Shown one piece after another: positions 18,818 through 29,245 of a stretch of DNA of 64,000 nt. Origin of the DNA: Chitinophagales bacterium. Lineage in GTDB: Bacteria > Bacteroidota > Bacteroidia > Chitinophagales > LD1. The stretch spans positions 26,521 to 90,520 of the forward strand of contig JBGAVP010000011.1 in NCBI GenBank assembly GCA_044228065.1, given 5' to 3'. The first letter of the stretch is position 1. Each line of letters begins with the position of its first letter. The position numbers and the translations under genes were made by a program. The notes under the pieces were generated by a model. The model was given only the letters and a program-made list of their open reading frames with translations. It made no database searches and was not told the origin of the DNA.

Positions 18818-21800
18818 ATGAAAAGAGTTTTACTTCTCTCTATTTGTTTATTTTATTCTTTTGTTGTTTTTTCTCAATGCGGTAATGCTCCTCCCCTTTT
18901 TATGCAAAACCCTTCTTTTGAAGGTCCCAGAACTGCCCACGTAACTCCTGGCCCCTGGCAAACTTGTCAAATAGGGCAAACACCTGATACACAACCTGGT
19001 AACTGGGGTGTAACACTAGCCCCATCGAATGGGAATTCCTATTTAGGATTGGTAGCAGAATATGCAAACGATGACCCAAACAGTGGTTCTTTAATATGGC
19101 AAGAAGGTGCAAGTCAAGCTTTGAGCGGCCCTTTACAAGCGGGTACAGAATATAATTTCACTATTGATTTATCAAACACCAATGCTTCTGGCGGTGGTAT
19201 CGTTCCTGGTTGTGCTGAAGTGCAAATTTGGGGTGGATTTAATCGTTGCGATAAAGGGCAATTACTTTGGAGCTCTGGAGATTTAACCAACTACGATCAA
19301 TGGAAAACCTTTGCTGTGAAATTTACTCCTAATCAAAATTACACTTGGTTTTCTTTTATTATCAATCCCCTTGGATGCTCTGCGTTGCCATATGTATTAT
19401 TGGATAACATTACTCCTGTTATACCAAAATCAGTTGATGTAAAATTGAATTTGTTACAAGGAATCATTTGTCCGAATGGTGCTACAGGCTCTATAAAAGC
19501 GGTAGTAAAAGGAGATGATAAGCCTTTTACTTTTGCATGGAGTGCGCCTATTGGAAACAAAGTAAATGATAGTGTTTACAGCAATCTAGTGGCTGGAAAT
19601 TACAGAGTAAGTGTTACCGATAACAAAGGTTGTACTAGCCATGATAGCATTACTCTTACTGAACCTCCTCCTTTTGTATTGGAAAAGAGTTTGATTATTG
19701 ACGCGAATTGTTTTGGCAATGGTGGCTCTGCATATTTGCAATACAAGGGTGGAACTAAGCCATACTCTTATTCTTGGGATAATGGTTCAACCAAACAAGG
19801 AACTCAATTCCCCATTGGTATAGGTACTTATCATTTTACTTTGACTGATACGAATGGTTGTAAATTCTTCGATTCTGCCATAATTGTAAAGGGAGCTGGT
19901 TTTACAGTTGACACAATTATTAGAAGGAATAATTGCTTGGCAGTAAACAACAATATTGATATAGTGGTGCAACCTGTGGGAACTACAGGACCTTTCACTT
20001 ATGTATGGAATACCATACCTGTGCAAACAGATTCAGTAGCTAACAACCTAAATGGAGGAACGTATTCAGTTACCATTTCTGATAATGCGGGTTGTAAAGA
20101 TACTTTGGTATTTACTGTAGCTACGCCCCCAAAAGGAGTATTTGTAAGTGGTGTAGTCAATAATATCTTATGCAATGGTACCAACAATGGAGATATTACG
20201 TTAGCTGTCAACAGCATAAATCCCATTTCAACCTATACTTGGACTCCCAATGTGAGTTCGAGTAATTATGCATCAGGGCTTTCACCTGGCACCTATCATG
20301 TTACTGTGGTAGACAATAAAACGTGTCAAGATACAGCAAGTTTTGTTGTAAAATCCCCACCACCGCTTAAAGACAGCACTATTGTTTACAATGTGAAATG
20401 TTTTGGCTCTAGTTCTGGATACATTGTATCGTATATTTTAGGGGGCGTAGCACCCTATACTTACTCTTGGAATACTGTTCCAGTGCAAACAGATTCCATA
20501 TTAAAAAGTATTCCAGCAGGTTCTTATACTTTATCCGTTTTAGATTCCAACAATTGTCCGCTTACAATAAGTAGAGCACTCACTCAACCTCCTACTCCAC
20601 TTACTGCTACTATAGACAGCGGTGCTTTGACCTGTTATGGCGATACATCTGGTTATTTAAAAGTGAATTTAAGTGGAGGTACTACCCCATATTTTATAGA
20701 ATGGACTACCGACACTTCTTTCATAGACACAACTGCACAAATTAGCCATTTACATGCTGGAAGATATATTGTAAAAGTGCTAGATGCTAATGGTTGTAGT
20801 TTTAAAGACACATTTACCATTTCTGAGCCTACTCGTGTGCCTTTTCCAAATTTTACCGTAGCAACTGTTTGCAGTATTGATAGTTCTCATTTTATTAATA
20901 CTACTGACACCACTACCTTCAAAAACCTAATTTGGTCTTGGAGTTTTGGTGATGCAACTAGTAGTTCAAACTTTTCTCCTACCCATCTTTACCCTACTGG
21001 AGGAAACTATACTGTCAAACTGAAACTTAGTTCATTATTGGGTTGTAGCGATAGTATCACCAAAGCAGTGCGTGTCAATTATCAACCTAATGCTGCTTTT
21101 ACTACAGCTGATATTTGTCAAAATGAAACGGCTACAGTCAACAATACTTCATCTATTGGAGGTGGAGCGTATACCATTGATTGGAACTGGGGAGATGCTT
21201 CGGCTCATGACAATACTGCAAACCCTACGCATACTTATGCTGCTCCTAATTTCTATACCATTTTATTGACTTTAGTTTCTGATAGCGGTTGTACCGACAC
21301 TTTGAGCAGAAGCATTCATGTCAAGAAACATTACATACCTGATTTTACGGCTACCAAAGTCTGTGAAGGTTTGGCTACTGACTTTACCAATTTAACCGAT
21401 ACGACTGGAAGTGTAGCACTCAACTGGACTTGGAATTTTAAAGATGGCAATACTGATTTAACCTATCAGCCATCACACAATTATGCAACAGGTGGAACCT
21501 ACAATGTATCGCTGCAAGTCACCTCTGCTGAGGGTTGTAGCGATAGTATCACCAAAGCAGTGCGTGTCAATTATCAACCTAATGCTGCTTTTACATTACA
21601 AGACGTTTGCGATGGAGATAGTGTACATATTCAAAACAATTCTACCTTAGGTGGAGGAACAGTAACTTACAATTGGAACTTAGGAGACAATAATTTTTCT
21701 ACCGATAATTCTCCTGCACATTTGTACGCTACTTTCAATGTCTATACGGTATCATTAGTGGCTATTTCAGACTCTGGTTGTGTAGATAGTATCCAACAAA

Positions 21801-23056
21801 CAGTCACCGTAAAAGAAGTTCCTAAGGCTCTATTTACTGCTGATACAGTTTGTTTGAATAATGCTACTACACTATCGAACCTCACCAACACAAGTAGTGT
21901 GGCAGCACAAACTTGGGATTGGAATTTAGGGGATAGCAACTTCAGCAATAACTTCTCAGATACTCACACTTATGGTACTTCTGGAGTATTTACGGTCCAT
22001 TTAAAAGTAACGTATGTGAACGGATGCCAAGATTCTATTCAGCACTCAGTCTTAGTTTGGGAGTTACCAAGTATCAGTTCTACTGTAGTACAACCAAGTT
22101 GTTACAATACGAGCGATGGTGCCATTAATGTGACTCCATTAAAAGGACAAACTCCGTTTAATTACAATTGGAATGGTGTACCAAACTCTACGGAAGATCA
22201 ATTCAATATTTCATCAGGTAACTATGCATTAATCTACACAGATGCCAATGGCTGTGTGGGTTCTGAAAATTTTGTGTTGAACAATCCTCCACAAATTTTA
22301 TTGGCTTCTCAAATACAGGACGTGCGCTGTTTTGGTGAAAGCAATGGAGCGATTAGTATTGATGTAAGCGGGGGTAATGCTCCTTTCACCTATCTATGGG
22401 ACAATGGAAAAACAGATGCTTCGCTTTCAAATCTTACTTATGGCACCTACAAACTTACCGTAACAGGTAGCGATAATTGTTCGCTTGATACGCAAATCAT
22501 CGTATCGCAACCTAATCAAATCAACATACATATTTTACCAGTAGATACGTTGGAGTTAGGAGGAACTATTGACCTAGTGACGAGCTATTCTATTAATTAT
22601 GGTAACCCAACATTTAGTTGGACTCCATCAGTAGGCTTAAGTTGTACTGATTGCCAATCGCCACAAGCAGGTCCTTTTCATACTACCACGTATACGGTTA
22701 CACTTACAGACTCTGCTGGTTGCAAGGCCTCAGATACCTATACTTTAATTGTTCATGGTGAGCATCAATTGTATGTTCCTAATGCATTTACACCTAACGG
22801 GGATGGAAACAATGATAAATTCAATGGCTTCACGAAAGGCTTTAAAACATACCGTATTCGTATCTTTAATCGCTGGGGCGAAAAAGTGTATGATGGATCT
22901 CAACCCGGCAACAATGCTGATGTAAACGACATAGGCTGGGATGGAGTTTATAAAGGAGAATTACAACCCCCTGGAGTATATGTATTTGAAGTAGCGGTAG
23001 AATTTTTGGATGAAAAGCAAATACAAAAAGCAGGTAGCGTTACATTCATCAGGTAA
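18818..23056 (+). CDS. very large secreted adhesin-like protein: SprB-type Cys repeats + PKD domains + T9SS type-B C-terminal sorting domain
   Basis: Signal peptide followed by about 7 SprB-like repeats of ~75 aa (C.G...G.I......GG..PY.Y.W; G.Y.V.V.D..GC). Then five PKD-like modules (F....C......F.N.S.....W.FGD......NP.H.Y...G.Y.V.L...S..GC.D) and two more SprB repeats. The C-terminus is YVPNAFTPNGDGNNDKF...IFNRWGEKVY. Confidence 0.88.
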   Translation: MKRVLLLSICLFYSFVVFSQCGNAPPLFMQNPSFEGPRTAHVTPGPWQTCQIGQTPDTQPGNWGVTLAPSNGNSYLGLVAEYANDDPNSGSLIWQEGASQALSGPLQAGTEYNFTIDLSNTNASGGGIVPGCAEVQIWGGFNRCDKGQLLWSSGDLTNYDQWKTFAVKFTPNQNYTWFSFIINPLGCSALPYVLLDNITPVIPKSVDVKLNLLQGIICPNGATGSIKAVVKGDDKPFTFAWSAPIGNKVNDSVYSNLVAGNYRVSVTDNKGCTSHDSITLTEPPPFVLEKSLIIDANCFGNGGSAYLQYKGGTKPYSYSWDNGSTKQGTQFPIGIGTYHFTLTDTNGCKFFDSAIIVKGAGFTVDTIIRRNNCLAVNNNIDIVVQPVGTTGPFTYVWNTIPVQTDSVANNLNGGTYSVTISDNAGCKDTLVFTVATPPKGVFVSGVVNNILCNGTNNGDITLAVNSINPISTYTWTPNVSSSNYASGLSPGTYHVTVVDNKTCQDTASFVVKSPPPLKDSTIVYNVKCFGSSSGYIVSYILGGVAPYTYSWNTVPVQTDSILKSIPAGSYTLSVLDSNNCPLTISRALTQPPTPLTATIDSGALTCYGDTSGYLKVNLSGGTTPYFIEWTTDTSFIDTTAQISHLHAGRYIVKVLDANGCSFKDTFTISEPTRVPFPNFTVATVCSIDSSHFINTTDTTTFKNLIWSWSFGDATSSSNFSPTHLYPTGGNYTVKLKLSSLLGCSDSITKAVRVNYQPNAAFTTADICQNETATVNNTSSIGGGAYTIDWNWGDASAHDNTANPTHTYAAPNFYTILLTLVSDSGCTDTLSRSIHVKKHYIPDFTATKVCEGLATDFTNLTDTTGSVALNWTWNFKDGNTDLTYQPSHNYATGGTYNVSLQVTSAEGCSDSITKAVRVNYQPNAAFTLQDVCDGDSVHIQNNSTLGGGTVTYNWNLGDNNFSTDNSPAHLYATFNVYTVSLVAISDSGCVDSIQQTVTVKEVPKALFTADTVCLNNATTLSNLTNTSSVAAQTWDWNLGDSNFSNNFSDTHTYGTSGVFTVHLKVTYVNGCQDSIQHSVLVWELPSISSTVVQPSCYNTSDGAINVTPLKGQTPFNYNWNGVPNSTEDQFNISSGNYALIYTDANGCVGSENFVLNNPPQILLASQIQDVRCFGESNGAISIDVSGGNAPFTYLWDNGKTDASLSNLTYGTYKLTVTGSDNCSLDTQIIVSQPNQINIHILPVDTLELGGTIDLVTSYSINYGNPTFSWTPSVGLSCTDCQSPQAGPFHTTTYTVTLTDSAGCKASDTYTLIVHGEHQLYVPNAFTPNGDGNNDKFNGFTKGFKTYRIRIFNRWGEKVYDGSQPGNNADVNDIGWDGVYKGELQPPGVYVFEVAVEFLDEKQIQKAGSVTFIR

Positions 23057-23478
23057 TACTATATATTGTTTTACAATGTCTTTCATCGAAAAAATATAAA
23101 GGTAGAACGATGCTTTGTCCTAAATGAATTTAGCATATCCCAAAGGATGATATAGTCTCAATTAAGTTTACGGAAAAATAGTAAATCGTGCTATTTGTTT
23201 ACTGAATAGAAATAATCTTGCAATGATTTGCATTAATTATGCCGTCATCAAGTTCAGCAGAATATGTAGAAAAAGAGATGAACCCAGTTTTTAACTTGTA
23301 TAGATGACAATTGTAAACATCTTCACATTTTACCCTCTACTAAAACATGTAAGAAAAATCGAAATCAAGCAAATAGACAACAACACACAGATTTTCGCTG
23401 TTTTCTAAAAACATACTCCACTTTGCTGGGCATTTTTATAAATTTGACAATAAGGAAATTAGAAAATTTAATTTGAAT

Positions 23479-24147
23479 ATGACAGTAAAAGAGTTCTTAC
23501 AAAAACGAAAGTACGAGCTATTGTTATTTGCTTTGATTCAACATCTTTTTATCGGAATTTTTCTTCAAGATTTACTCTTCTATAGAAACGTAATTTGGCC
23601 CATAAACATGGTGATTCTAGGAATAGCTAGTGTAGGAGTTTACATTGAACAAGGCAAATGGAAAAATATAATTCGCAATGTTCTTTTTTTATGTGTAGTT
23701 GGTCTACCAATTGGCTTGGCGGTTTTTGGAAATCTCCCTTACTACTTCTTCGTGTTAAACATTATTTATGTCATCTTTTTTACTTTCATTTTTTTAGAGG
23801 TATTGAAATTTCTAGTTAAACCTAGTTATATCAATGCAGATATTATTTCAGCTTCCGCTTGTGGTTATTTTTTATTGATAGAAATTGCTACTTTTTTACT
23901 ACAGTTGTTATTTTATAACAACCCCAATTCTTTTAAAGGCATCAACACAGCAAGCCATTCAGAAACTTTTATAGACTTAGTTTACTTTTGTTCCATTACA
24001 ATTACCAGCATTGGCTTTGGTGATATTACACCCAATACCCACTACACAAAACTAATTACTTCCTTTTTAGGTATTGTAGGACAATTTTATTCTGTTGTAC
24101 TAGTGGGTATTCTTATCAGTAAATTTAGTAGTAAAACCGACAACTAA
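23479..24147 (+). CDS. potassium channel family protein (Ion_trans_2-like pore)
   Basis: Multi-TM protein with pore helix and selectivity filter LVYFCSITITSIGFGDITP. ATG at 23479; the TTG at 23473 is an alternative. Confidence 0.75.
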   Translation: MTVKEFLQKRKYELLLFALIQHLFIGIFLQDLLFYRNVIWPINMVILGIASVGVYIEQGKWKNIIRNVLFLCVVGLPIGLAVFGNLPYYFFVLNIIYVIFFTFIFLEVLKFLVKPSYINADIISASACGYFLLIEIATFLLQLLFYNNPNSFKGINTASHSETFIDLVYFCSITITSIGFGDITPNTHYTKLITSFLGIVGQFYSVVLVGILISKFSSKTDN

Positions 24148-24430
24148 CTTGGGCTCTATCCCTTTGGTAAATAAAAAAAGCAGTCAAAATTTGGTAGCTA
24201 TAATAAATTGTGAAAAGAACGAATTTACTTAGCTTTCTTCTTTACAGTCGCTTTGCCTGTGGGTTTTGGAATAGGAGTTGTCCCTTTATATTGGAATAGT
24301 GGCTTCCATTTTTAAAAGCATATTTATAAAGTTTAAAATTTGTCTTTATTTAGTGTGTAATTAAAACTCAATCAAGACTAAATACGATTCTATGATTGAA
24401 TGAAAACCTTAATTAATAACAATTCTATTT

Positions 24431-25372
24431 ATGAATAAAGGCTACAATCCATCTTTTTTAGGAAGTGTTCTACCTATACCTAAAGTAAAAAAGACAACAG
24501 ATGTACTTACACTTCCAGCAGGAGAAGCACTGTTGAACTATCCTAACTTTAGTATAATTATGAGCAAAGCGCGCAAACTTGCCTACGTCACAGCAGTGAA
24601 CATAGATGCTAGCCTATGGAAAGACAACCTACGTGATGGTACTTGGAAGAATGACCCCCGCTTAAGTACCTCGCAGCAATGGGGTGCAGCTCTCTATACA
24701 GCTACAAAAAGTGATTTTGAAAAAGGGCATCTTGTAAAGCGAGAAGATCCAGAATGGGGAACACAAAACGAATCTGAAGAGGCAGGAAAAAGCACCTTCC
24801 AATTTCCAAACTGTGCTCCACAACATAGCAAACTAAATAAAGAAATTTGGCAAGAATTAGAAAACAACATATTACATACAGGTGCTATAAGCGAAGGGTT
24901 AAAAGTAAGTGTGTTTACTGGGCCTGTGTTAGGGAATAAAGACCCTGCATTCATAACTACAGTAAAAGGGGAAGCAGTTCAATTACCACTTCTATTTTGG
25001 AAAGTAGTAGCTTGGAAAAAAGATGATGGAAAACTTTATGCAGTAGGCTTTTTAATGAGTCAAGAAAATTTTTTATTAGATGCTGGTGTTATAGTTAAAC
25101 CTAAACCTAGTAAGGTTTCTAGAAGTTTACGTAACCAAGATATTTTTCAGCACTTGCAGTTTAGGGATGGGAAAACCTACCAAATAAATTTGGCTGAAAT
25201 AGAAAAATTAGCAGGTATCAAATTTACGGGTTGGTCAAAAGTGCAAAAACCTTTTACTGCAACTACTGCATTAAGCGCAACAAAAAAAACAGTGCAACAA
25301 AAAAATGCAAGAAGTTTGAGGAACAATGTAAAGCGTGTATCTGTTTTGAATATTAAAGGATTAACTCTTTGA
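24431..25372 (+). CDS. DNA/RNA non-specific endonuclease family protein (no signal peptide)
   Basis: GYNPSFLG...LPIP, YPNFSIIMSKARKLAYVTAVNID, catalytic-type DFEKGHLVKRED and downstream NCAPQ (metal-ligand Asn) fit the Endonuclease_NS beta-beta-alpha-Me pattern. The N-terminus is not hydrophobic. Confidence 0.75.
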   Translation: MNKGYNPSFLGSVLPIPKVKKTTDVLTLPAGEALLNYPNFSIIMSKARKLAYVTAVNIDASLWKDNLRDGTWKNDPRLSTSQQWGAALYTATKSDFEKGHLVKREDPEWGTQNESEEAGKSTFQFPNCAPQHSKLNKEIWQELENNILHTGAISEGLKVSVFTGPVLGNKDPAFITTVKGEAVQLPLLFWKVVAWKKDDGKLYAVGFLMSQENFLLDAGVIVKPKPSKVSRSLRNQDIFQHLQFRDGKTYQINLAEIEKLAGIKFTGWSKVQKPFTATTALSATKKTVQQKNARSLRNNVKRVSVLNIKGLTL

Positions 25373-25482
25373 AAAGCTAAAAAGTTTCAGAATAGAATTG
25401 TTTCTTGATTAATAACCTTGGTAGAAAAATGCATTTGTTTGCCAAGTAGATTTTAACATAACCCTATAAAACATTATTTTTC

Positions 25483-25797
25483 ATGAAAGAGAAAACAGTA
25501 CAAGAATTAAAACAACTATTGGATTCCAAGGCAGATTTCCAATTGATAGATGTGCGGGAACCACATGAATATGAAACAGCGAATTTGTCTGCTGAGTTGA
25601 TTCCTATGGGAGAAGTACCTGATAATTTGGATAAAATAAGTAAAGAAAAACTAGTAGTGGTACACTGCAGAAGTGGTGCCCGTAGCGGAAGAATTATAGA
25701 ATATTTAGAAACGCTGGGATATGATAATCTGTACAATTTAAAAGGGGGTATTTTAGCATGGATAGATGAAATAGACCCTAGCATGACAAAATATTAA
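25483..25797 (+). CDS. rhodanese-like sulfurtransferase domain protein
   Basis: 104 aa, with LIDVREPHEY and active-site loop HCRSGARS. Confidence 0.85.
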   Translation: MKEKTVQELKQLLDSKADFQLIDVREPHEYETANLSAELIPMGEVPDNLDKISKEKLVVVHCRSGARSGRIIEYLETLGYDNLYNLKGGILAWIDEIDPSMTKY

Positions 25798-25818
25798 GCC
25801 CGCGAAGTATTAAAGATT

Positions 25819-26244
25819 ATGATTTCTAAAAGAACAAAGTATGCTATCAAAGCATTGCTGTATCTGGCGAGTAACGATTCGAATCAAAAACCTGTTTTAA
25901 TAAGTGACATAGCCAAAAGTGAAAATATTTCACAAAAATTTTTGGAAGCTATTTTATTGGAAATGAAAAACATTGGCTTCTTGGCAAGTAAAAAAGGAAA
26001 AGGAGGAGGTTATTTTTTAGCAAAAAAAACCAATGAAATAACCTTGGCAGAAATATATAGAAACATAGAAGGTCCCATAGCTATGTTGCCTTGTGTTTCT
26101 TTAAATTTTTATGAAGTATGTGATGATTGCCCTGATGAAAACTTATGCGCACTACACAACACTTTTACTCAAATAAGAGATAGTACGCTAGAGATTATGG
26201 AAAAAACTACTTTGGAACAAATGCTACAAAGAAGCTTTAAATAG
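25819..26244 (+). CDS. Rrf2-family transcriptional regulator
   Basis: SKRTKYAIKALLYLA, wHTH ISDIAKSENISQKFLEAILLEMKNIGFLASKKGKGGGY, and a Cys cluster C..C.....C in the C-terminal part. Confidence 0.85.
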   Translation: MISKRTKYAIKALLYLASNDSNQKPVLISDIAKSENISQKFLEAILLEMKNIGFLASKKGKGGGYFLAKKTNEITLAEIYRNIEGPIAMLPCVSLNFYEVCDDCPDENLCALHNTFTQIRDSTLEIMEKTTLEQMLQRSFK

Positions 26245-26263
26245 AAAAAAATCGAAAGCCCTT

Positions 26264-26656
26264 ATGAGCAAAACAAATGAACATCTTCCCGCAATTTTCG
26301 CCACCATAAAAACAGCATTAGAAAACTGCTGTCCTCCTATGGTAGTTAGTAAATCTTCAAAAGATAATTTTGAAATCATAGGGAATAAAGCTGTTCCTTA
26401 TGGATCTAAAAAAGAAATTGTTTTGGGAATGTACTTTGCTTCAGTGGTGGCAAGAAAAGACAAGATTACGTTTTACTTTTTCTGTAACTATACCCATCCC
26501 CAAGAATTTAAAACCCTCGCTCCTACTCTAATGAAATGTCTTAAGGGTAAATCTTGTTTTCATTTTAAAAAAGCAGAGGAAGTAAATGTTACTGAACTAA
26601 CTGCCCTTTTAGAGACTGGAATGAAAATTTTCAAACAAGAAGGCTATCTACTTTAA
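26264..26656 (+). CDS. hypothetical protein
   Basis: 130-aa ORF with ATG start, tightly spaced after the Rrf2 gene. No motif I can name with confidence. Confidence 0.55.
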   Translation: MSKTNEHLPAIFATIKTALENCCPPMVVSKSSKDNFEIIGNKAVPYGSKKEIVLGMYFASVVARKDKITFYFFCNYTHPQEFKTLAPTLMKCLKGKSCFHFKKAEEVNVTELTALLETGMKIFKQEGYLL

Positions 26657-26704
26657 CTTGGATTATAATTTTGCTATAAACTTTTAATTTTCTTCTGCCA
26701 CATT

Positions 26705-26744
26705 TTAGAGGATACTCTTATATTAGCCCCGCTTAGAAAAAAAC
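26705..26744 (+). promoter_or_regulatory. candidate promoter / 5' region: TTAG-N10-TATATTAGCCCCGCTTAGAAAAAAAC
   Basis: The TATATTAG box (26719-26726) lies 29 nt before the ATG. It is nearly identical to 12123-12160 upstream of the paralogous carboxyltransferase. Confidence 0.4.
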
Positions 26745-26747
26745 GGT

Positions 26748-28286
26748 ATGGATAAAAATCAACTTCTTCAAGATAAGATAGCTCAAGCTCAATTGGGTGG
26801 CGGACAAGATAGAATCACTTCGCAACATAAAAAAGGCAAGCTAACTGCTCGTGAACGGGTAGACTTATTAGTAGATGAGGGTACTTTTGAAGAAATAGGA
26901 ATGTTTGTAGAGCATCGCTCTAAAGATTTTGGTTTAGATAAAGAAGTTTATCTAGGAGATGGTGTAATAACTGGTTACGCAACTATTCATGGTAGAGCTG
27001 TGTATATTTTTTCACAAGATTTTACTGTGTTTGGAGGGTCGCTTTCAGAAACCCATGCAGAGAAAATAGTTAAGATTATGGACTTAGCTATGAAAAATGG
27101 AATACCTGTAATTGGGCTTAACGATTCAGGCGGTGCGCGTATTCAGGAAGGAGTAGTTTCTTTAGGTGGCTATGCTGATATTTTTTATAGAAACACCCTT
27201 GCAAGTGGAGTAATACCACAGATTTCAGCCATATTAGGACCTTGTGCTGGCGGTGCTGTTTACTCCCCTGCTATTACCGATTTTATTATGATGGTAGAGC
27301 AGACTTCTTACATGTTTGTAACAGGCCCCAATGTAGTAAAAACAGTAACCCACGAAGATGTAACCAGCGAAGAATTGGGAGGTGCTGTAGCGCATGCCAC
27401 TAAGTCTGGTGTAACTCATTTTGCTTATGCCAATGAAGTAGAATGTATTAATGGAATTAAAAAATTATTGAGTTATATTCCACAAAATTGTGAAGAAATA
27501 GCGCCAAATCTGGCTTATGAAGAAGGGGATGAAATAAGAAAAAAGCTAGAAACTATTATTCCTGAAAACCCTATGCAGCCCTATGATATTCGCGAAATAA
27601 TTGCGGAAATAGCCGATGCAGATTCTTTCTTTGAAGTACATAAAGATTATGCTGAAAATATTGTGGTAGGTTTTGTTCGCTTGGCAGGTAGAAGCATAGG
27701 AATTGTAGCTAATCAACCTGCTATGTTGGCGGGAGTATTAGATATAAAATCATCTACCAAAGGTGCTCGTTTTGTTCGTTTTTGTGATTGTTTTAATATC
27801 CCCTTATTAACCTTGGTAGATGTGCCGGGATTCTTACCAGGTACTGATCAGGAATGGCATGGTATTATTACTAATGGGGCTAAACTATTGTATGCATTTA
27901 GCGAAGCTACCGTTCCTAAAATTACGGTAATTGTTCGTAAAGCATATGGCGGTGCTTATGATGTAATGAACTCTAAACATATAGGTGCCGACATGAATTA
28001 TGCATGGCCTAATGCTGAGATTGCTGTAATGGGTGCCAAAGGTGCAGCGGAAATTATCTTTAAAAAAGAAATTAGTTCTGCGGATGATAAAGAAGTTAAA
28101 CTTCAGGAAATGGTAGGTATTTATACCGATAACTTTGCAAATCCCTATAAGGCAGCTGCCAGAGGATTTATAGATGAGGTAATACAACCATCAGCGACTA
28201 GACAAAAATTGATCAGAGCCTTCAAAATATGTGAGACTAAGGCTGTAAAACTTCCAAGAAAAAAGCATGGAAATATCCCTCTTTAA
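26748..28286 (+). CDS. propionyl-CoA carboxylase beta chain / methylmalonyl-CoA carboxyltransferase-type subunit
   Basis: 512 aa. [85 protein letters not shown] and [11 protein letters not shown]. Confidence 0.9.
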   Translation: MDKNQLLQDKIAQAQLGGGQDRITSQHKKGKLTARERVDLLVDEGTFEEIGMFVEHRSKDFGLDKEVYLGDGVITGYATIHGRAVYIFSQDFTVFGGSLSETHAEKIVKIMDLAMKNGIPVIGLNDSGGARIQEGVVSLGGYADIFYRNTLASGVIPQISAILGPCAGGAVYSPAITDFIMMVEQTSYMFVTGPNVVKTVTHEDVTSEELGGAVAHATKSGVTHFAYANEVECINGIKKLLSYIPQNCEEIAPNLAYEEGDEIRKKLETIIPENPMQPYDIREIIAEIADADSFFEVHKDYAENIVVGFVRLAGRSIGIVANQPAMLAGVLDIKSSTKGARFVRFCDCFNIPLLTLVDVPGFLPGTDQEWHGIITNGAKLLYAFSEATVPKITVIVRKAYGGAYDVMNSKHIGADMNYAWPNAEIAVMGAKGAAEIIFKKEISSADDKEVKLQEMVGIYTDNFANPYKAAARGFIDEVIQPSATRQKLIRAFKICETKAVKLPRKKHGNIPL

Positions 28287-28290
28287 TCTT

Positions 28291-29163
28291 TTACAAGAAT
28301 TTTTTTAAAGACTCAATTCCAGAAAGTACATGTACATTTTTGGGAAGTTTTAGTGGATTGTGATTCGCCTGATACCCACCTACCAAAATATCTAAATCTA
28401 AAAATGCTGACGAAATTTTATTTACATATTCTTGAATACTAACATCGTTTGGTAATATAGTAATGTAGGTCAATAAATAATCAGGTTTAAAAACTTGCTT
28501 TATAAAATCTATATCTTCAAAAGGAACCGAATTGCCTATATAGGCTACTTCATGATTATTAGAGCGAAGTAAGTATTCTGTAAAAAGCAATACTAGTTCA
28601 TGCCAATCGCCTTCAGGTAAAAACAAGATGAACTTTTTAGTTCTACTATTTTTTTCAATGTATTGGTTATCTATAGCTACCAGCAGTTTTCTGCGAATTA
28701 AATTGGATATAAAATGCTCTTGTGAAGGGCGAATAGCGCCAGCGGTCCAAAGCATTCCAGAGCGTTCCATAAAAGGGAATATCAATTCTATAAAAGTTCT
28801 CTCGAAACCCATTTTAAGAATAGCACTGTTGAGAGCTTTTTCAAAACGCATTTCATCAAAATCAAGCATTGAATGAATGAGCGAATCGAGCAATGCATCA
28901 GGCTCTTGGTTTTCATTCGCTATTTTCAAAACCTGCTCTTTCATTTGCTGTTGGTTCATTTCAGCAATCTTAGAAATACGGTACCCATTTTTATTAAGCA
29001 AACCAATATTTAAGATAAGCTTAAGTTGTTCATCGTCATAAAACCGAATATTAGTATCTGTTCTCTTAGGCTTTAGAAAATCATAACGGAGTTCCCATAT
29101 ACGTAAGGTATGAGCCTTAATACCTGAAAGGACTTCTATATCTTTAATGGAATACTGTGCCAT
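28291..29163 (-). CDS. MerR-family transcriptional regulator with C-terminal B12-binding-like domain (CarH/LitR-like architecture)
   Basis: N-terminal MerR HTH YSIKDIEVLSGIKAHTLRIWELRY. The C-terminal Rossmann-like part has LFLPEGDWHELVLLFTEYLL, which resembles the DxHxxG cobalamin motif: His is kept but Gly is replaced by Val. Confidence 0.8.
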   Translation of the reverse strand: MAQYSIKDIEVLSGIKAHTLRIWELRYDFLKPKRTDTNIRFYDDEQLKLILNIGLLNKNGYRISKIAEMNQQQMKEQVLKIANENQEPDALLDSLIHSMLDFDEMRFEKALNSAILKMGFERTFIELIFPFMERSGMLWTAGAIRPSQEHFISNLIRRKLLVAIDNQYIEKNSRTKKFILFLPEGDWHELVLLFTEYLLRSNNHEVAYIGNSVPFEDIDFIKQVFKPDYLLTYITILPNDVSIQEYVNKISSAFLDLDILVGGYQANHNPLKLPKNVHVLSGIESLKKFL

Positions 29164-29245
29164 AGACTATGTTAAGGTAATGGATTTGATTGTACAAACA
29201 ACCTATTCATCAAAAAAGTTTTCAAGTAAGTTGGTAAATGATTCA

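Noticed and set aside
23057-23472. RNase P RNA, tmRNA or SRP RNA hidden in the 416-nt gap after the adhesin gene
   Set aside because: None of the universally conserved blocks I remember is present on either strand: GAGGAAAGTCC for RNase P, the tRNA-like GGTTCGAATCC...CCA 3' end of tmRNA, and the SRP domain IV motif. The region remains unexplained but not assignable.
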